Assembly (NCBI GenBank): GCA_032718475.1
Contig: JAUCBJ010006956.1
Span: 1-64,000 of the forward strand
Source of the DNA: Nemertoderma westbladi
Lineage: Eukaryota > Animalia > Xenacoelomorpha
Direction: 5' to 3'
DNA: 64,000 nt
Shown here: positions 60,690 to 64,000 of the stretch, piece after piece
How the letters are laid out: each line of letters starts with the position of its first letter
Position numbering within the stretch: position 1 is the stretch's first letter
The notes under the pieces: generated by a model
Database searches by the model: none
Told to the model about the DNA's origin: nothing
Seen by the model: only the letters and a program-made list of their open reading frames with translations
Made by a program: the position numbers and the translations under genes

Positions 60690-61890
60690 TCGTTGACTTC
60701 CAACTTCTTCAAGGCCTTTGATTCAGTCTCTCGCTCACGTATGTTCAGCATACTTTCATTATATGGGATTCCTGATGAAATTATTGCAGCAATCAGATCA
60801 GTATACGATGGTTCGACAACATTTGGTTATCGTTCATATGCGTACCTCTGGCAAAAGAAGCAGGTTACAGTGGTGGTGTTTTCTAACCAAAACAATAAAC
60901 TAATCTCCATTACTTAATTAACGGAAAGGAGCAGGTTACAGTGGTGGGCTTTTCTAACCAAAACAATAAACAATATCTCAATAACATAGGGTATTTCATA
61001 CTTATAGTCTTATTTTTGCAATACGAAAATACCAGAGGTACGCATATGAACTATAACTCAACATTTGTGTCTACTGTTGACGGTGACACAGAACCATTTT
61101 AAGTGTTATGGGGCGTCCTCCAAGGAGACACACTTGCACCATTCTTGTTCATTATTGTGTTTGACTAATTGACTATGTTCTACGCATGTCCTTAGATCAT
61201 CATAATGATTATGGGGTGATGATAACTCTACCTACTGGCTCCAGAAGTCGAGGAAATCCTGCCAAGTACCTAACTGATCTAGACTTTGCTGATGACTTAG
61301 GAGTACTCTCAGAATCATTAGAGGGAGCCCAACGGCTCCTCAGCTCAATAGAATATGCTGCTTCTAGTGTTGGTCTTTTTATTAACTCCAGAAAGACCAA
61401 AATTTTGACAGTTAACTTTGAAAGTCCTCAGCAAGTCTTTGATTGGATGAGCATAAGCTCAAAGGATGGTATGCTTGAGCATGTGGACGACTTCTGTTGT
61501 TACCTGGGATCATGGATCCGAAAGTCAGGTGAGGACCTTCGAATACGTAAGGGAAAGGCATGGGCTGCCTTGAATAGGCTTTCCAGGATTTGTAAGTCAC
61601 CGAGAATTAATCGGAAACTTAAGGTCCGATTATTTAGAGCAGCAGTAGTTCCAGTACTCCTCTACGGGAGTCCATGCTGGGCTCTAACTGCTGAGGACAC
61701 CAAATCTCTGGATGGCACATTCACAAGAATGCTACGCCGGATTCATTGTGTCAAGTACAATGCACACATCTCCAACCAGACACTATATAACATTGGAGGT
61801 GTCTCATTGGTTCCCCCAAGCTTGACACTAGAACAAAATCGCCTCCGCTTTGCAGGACATTGCTTTCGCCGTGAGGACCAGTCAGGAGCC
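60690..61890 (+). pseudogene. RTE-like LINE reverse transcriptase fragment, interrupted by a MITE
   Basis: KAFDSVSR, GVLQGDTLAPFLF, DLDFADDL, YLGSWI, LLYGSPCW and RLRFAGHC motifs with stops and frameshifts. Confidence 0.88.
60826..61058. mobile_element. ~233-bp MITE with ~26-bp TIRs and a 9-bp TSD, carrying two monomers of the 68-bp satellite
   Basis: GTTATCGTTCATATGCGTACCTCTGG / CCAGAGGTACGCATATGAACTATAAC; CAACATTTG at 60817-60825 and 61059-61067. Confidence 0.85.
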
Positions 61891-64000
61891 GTCAGGACCA
61901 GTTTAAAGACCTATAACTATTTAAATGGCAGTTCAATTTTATTTTTAATATACTTTTTAACGAGGACCCCCTGGCTGCCTTTGAGCGAGGTCTTTACCTC
62001 AAGGGGTATTCCTCGAGGCTAATATACCGTACACAATATACACTATCAATAAAAAACGACAATATTGTTGTATTGTAATGCATACAATTTTAAATGATCA
62101 AGGTACGAGAGACATACATTTTAATCTACATACAATTTTTAAATTCATCTTGTGATTTTAATTAATTGGCACTATAAATTAAATATTTTCAGTGATTTTA
62201 ATGTGATTTTAAGCGTGATTTTAACTTAGCCTGCATAGATTCATAAATCTGTAAATTTGATTCGTTAACTAATTATATTTTGTGCCTTGTGTTAAATCAT
62301 TAATCTGTTAAATTAAAGTGTTAAATCTTTGGATATGAGGAGTAGCGCCACCCATACCCTCGGCTTCGGGTACGGTAACAGCTATCGACAGATAGAGCTG
62401 TCGAAAGAGGAGTTGCCTTCGGGTTACCTTCGGCTTTGGTCGGCTGTTTGCTTCACTTTGCTTTGCTGCTTTGGTACATATCCAGGCAACCTCAGCCAGT
62501 AGTGGTCTGGTATTAGTGCCGGTTTCGAATCGATTCACAGGATGGACAAGGAAGACAAAAGACGTCACAATACTGCTATGTCATGATTAAAGTAAAAAAA
62601 GCGTCACATATAAACCCTCGAAGCGGCAACTGGCGACAGCAAGACGCCCCGGAAAGCTTTAAGCCCATTGGACCACCAACAAAAACGAAGCAGGGAACTT
62701 CCAATAAACTAATTAATGGAATATCTTATTGGACAACTTTATATGTGTGTCTATTAATAGACCATTAGAATTTGAATACTTGAGATTTTAATTTGTAAAT
62801 AATATAATAACTTTGAACAGTTTATTATAAATATTTTATAGCGTGTTATAGCTAATTATAAGTATGCCTAAAACATTATTCAGGGTTTTTTTTTCTAAAT
62901 ATGTTAGTGAAATTTATTAATAAAAATTGTGATTTCTAAATTTTTAAAACTTGTTTAGAAATATTTCTAAAACTAAAAATTTAAAATAACAAATTTAAAA
63001 TTATCAATTTTACTATACAGTGATTCAAATAAGAACACAGCTACAAATCAGAATTTAACATTAGCCATATATAATTTTTGTTTGTTTATTGTTCATTCAC
63101 CCGAATCGAATCCTTGAATCTCCAAACTTCTATAACATGAAATACGCTTATTTGTGTGTTTTTAATTGTTTCAAAGTATATTGATATAGACTGTGTTACT
63201 CTAAGTCTAAGGGTGTTTTTTGTTGCACTGAACAGAATTCTCTCTTACGGAGGAAACAACCGAAAATGCATGGGACATTATCGTAAGAAAGGCGAATGTT
63301 TTTTTTAATTTTCGAATAGTATGAATTAGCTTCATAAAGGGATGGTGAGGTGGGTATGGCAATGGTTCGAATATAAAAAGGCATTTTTTTTTGTAATGCT
63401 TACTGCCCCAAAATACAAATAAGTAGAATTAAAGTGTAACATTCATTGTGGACTATATTGAAATTAAATTATTAAACAATTATTTTTTGTTGCAACTTAG
63501 TGGCCGCAGTCAGAATTCATATTTTTAACTTATTCATATTTTTTCTCAACCTGTTTTGTGGAATCACAATGGTGGATTACACATGAAAAATTCGAGTATC
63601 TCTATCACAATTTTCAAGGAAACTTATGAAAACTAATGGCTAATTTTAACAATGGTAATTTTAATTTGGTTTTTAGGTACAGTTACATTACAGTCAGTAA
63701 TACATTTAGTAGAAAGGGACCAAGTGCCAAGTGCGACTAATTAGTTCAACATTTTAATATATTATAGGTGCAGAATTTACCGTATGAAAAAATTAAGTAG
63801 AAAACAAGCAATACAACAGTATTTTCATGGCCTACTTTTCACTTTCAATTTTACTTTTCAATTCATTCACGCCATTTGGCATTGGGAAAATTATTTTGGT
63901 TTCCTAAACAAAATTCAATTTTTCTAAATTTTGTCTAAATGAATGATATCAGAAATCCCGTGTTGTACGGCACAAAAAAAGCTAAAGAAAATACCTGACC

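Noticed and set aside
62300-62770. Possible Penelope/GIY-YIG remnant
   Set aside because: Only a vague KVKKASHI resemblance; too decayed to support

Overview
Repeat-rich, AT-rich eukaryotic (probably invertebrate animal) genomic DNA. There are three host genes: a PP4 regulatory subunit 3 (PPP4R3/SMEK/falafel) gene with one coding intron (+, 13966-19088), an intronless SRP54 (-, 47511-49028), and a 4-exon gene for a ~344-aa class I methyltransferase-fold-like protein (-, 53101-54782). There are two full-length BEL/Pao LTR retrotransposons. Element 1 (22426-28455, +) is compact, with identical 171-bp LTRs, a TTTAC TSD and one intact ORF. Element 2 (31497-45806, -, AGTAT TSD) is nested in a LINE remnant and is the most unusual feature. 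Besides gag-pol it carries an 866-aa second ORF with WRN/Mut-7/Egl-type DEDDy 3'-5' exonuclease motifs, zinc knuckles and a basic tail. Its ~1.6-kb LTRs hold six covarying kink-turn/UUCG RNA modules. A loop-E + GAAA hairpin recurs in the LTR and inside both coding ORFs. In place of a tRNA primer-binding site it has a 13-nt sequence complementary to its own LTR, suggesting self-priming. The rest is LINE fragments, MITE/foldback elements, minisatellites and a 68-bp satellite. All calls were made by eye from the sequence and ORF track; no database search or folding program was run.
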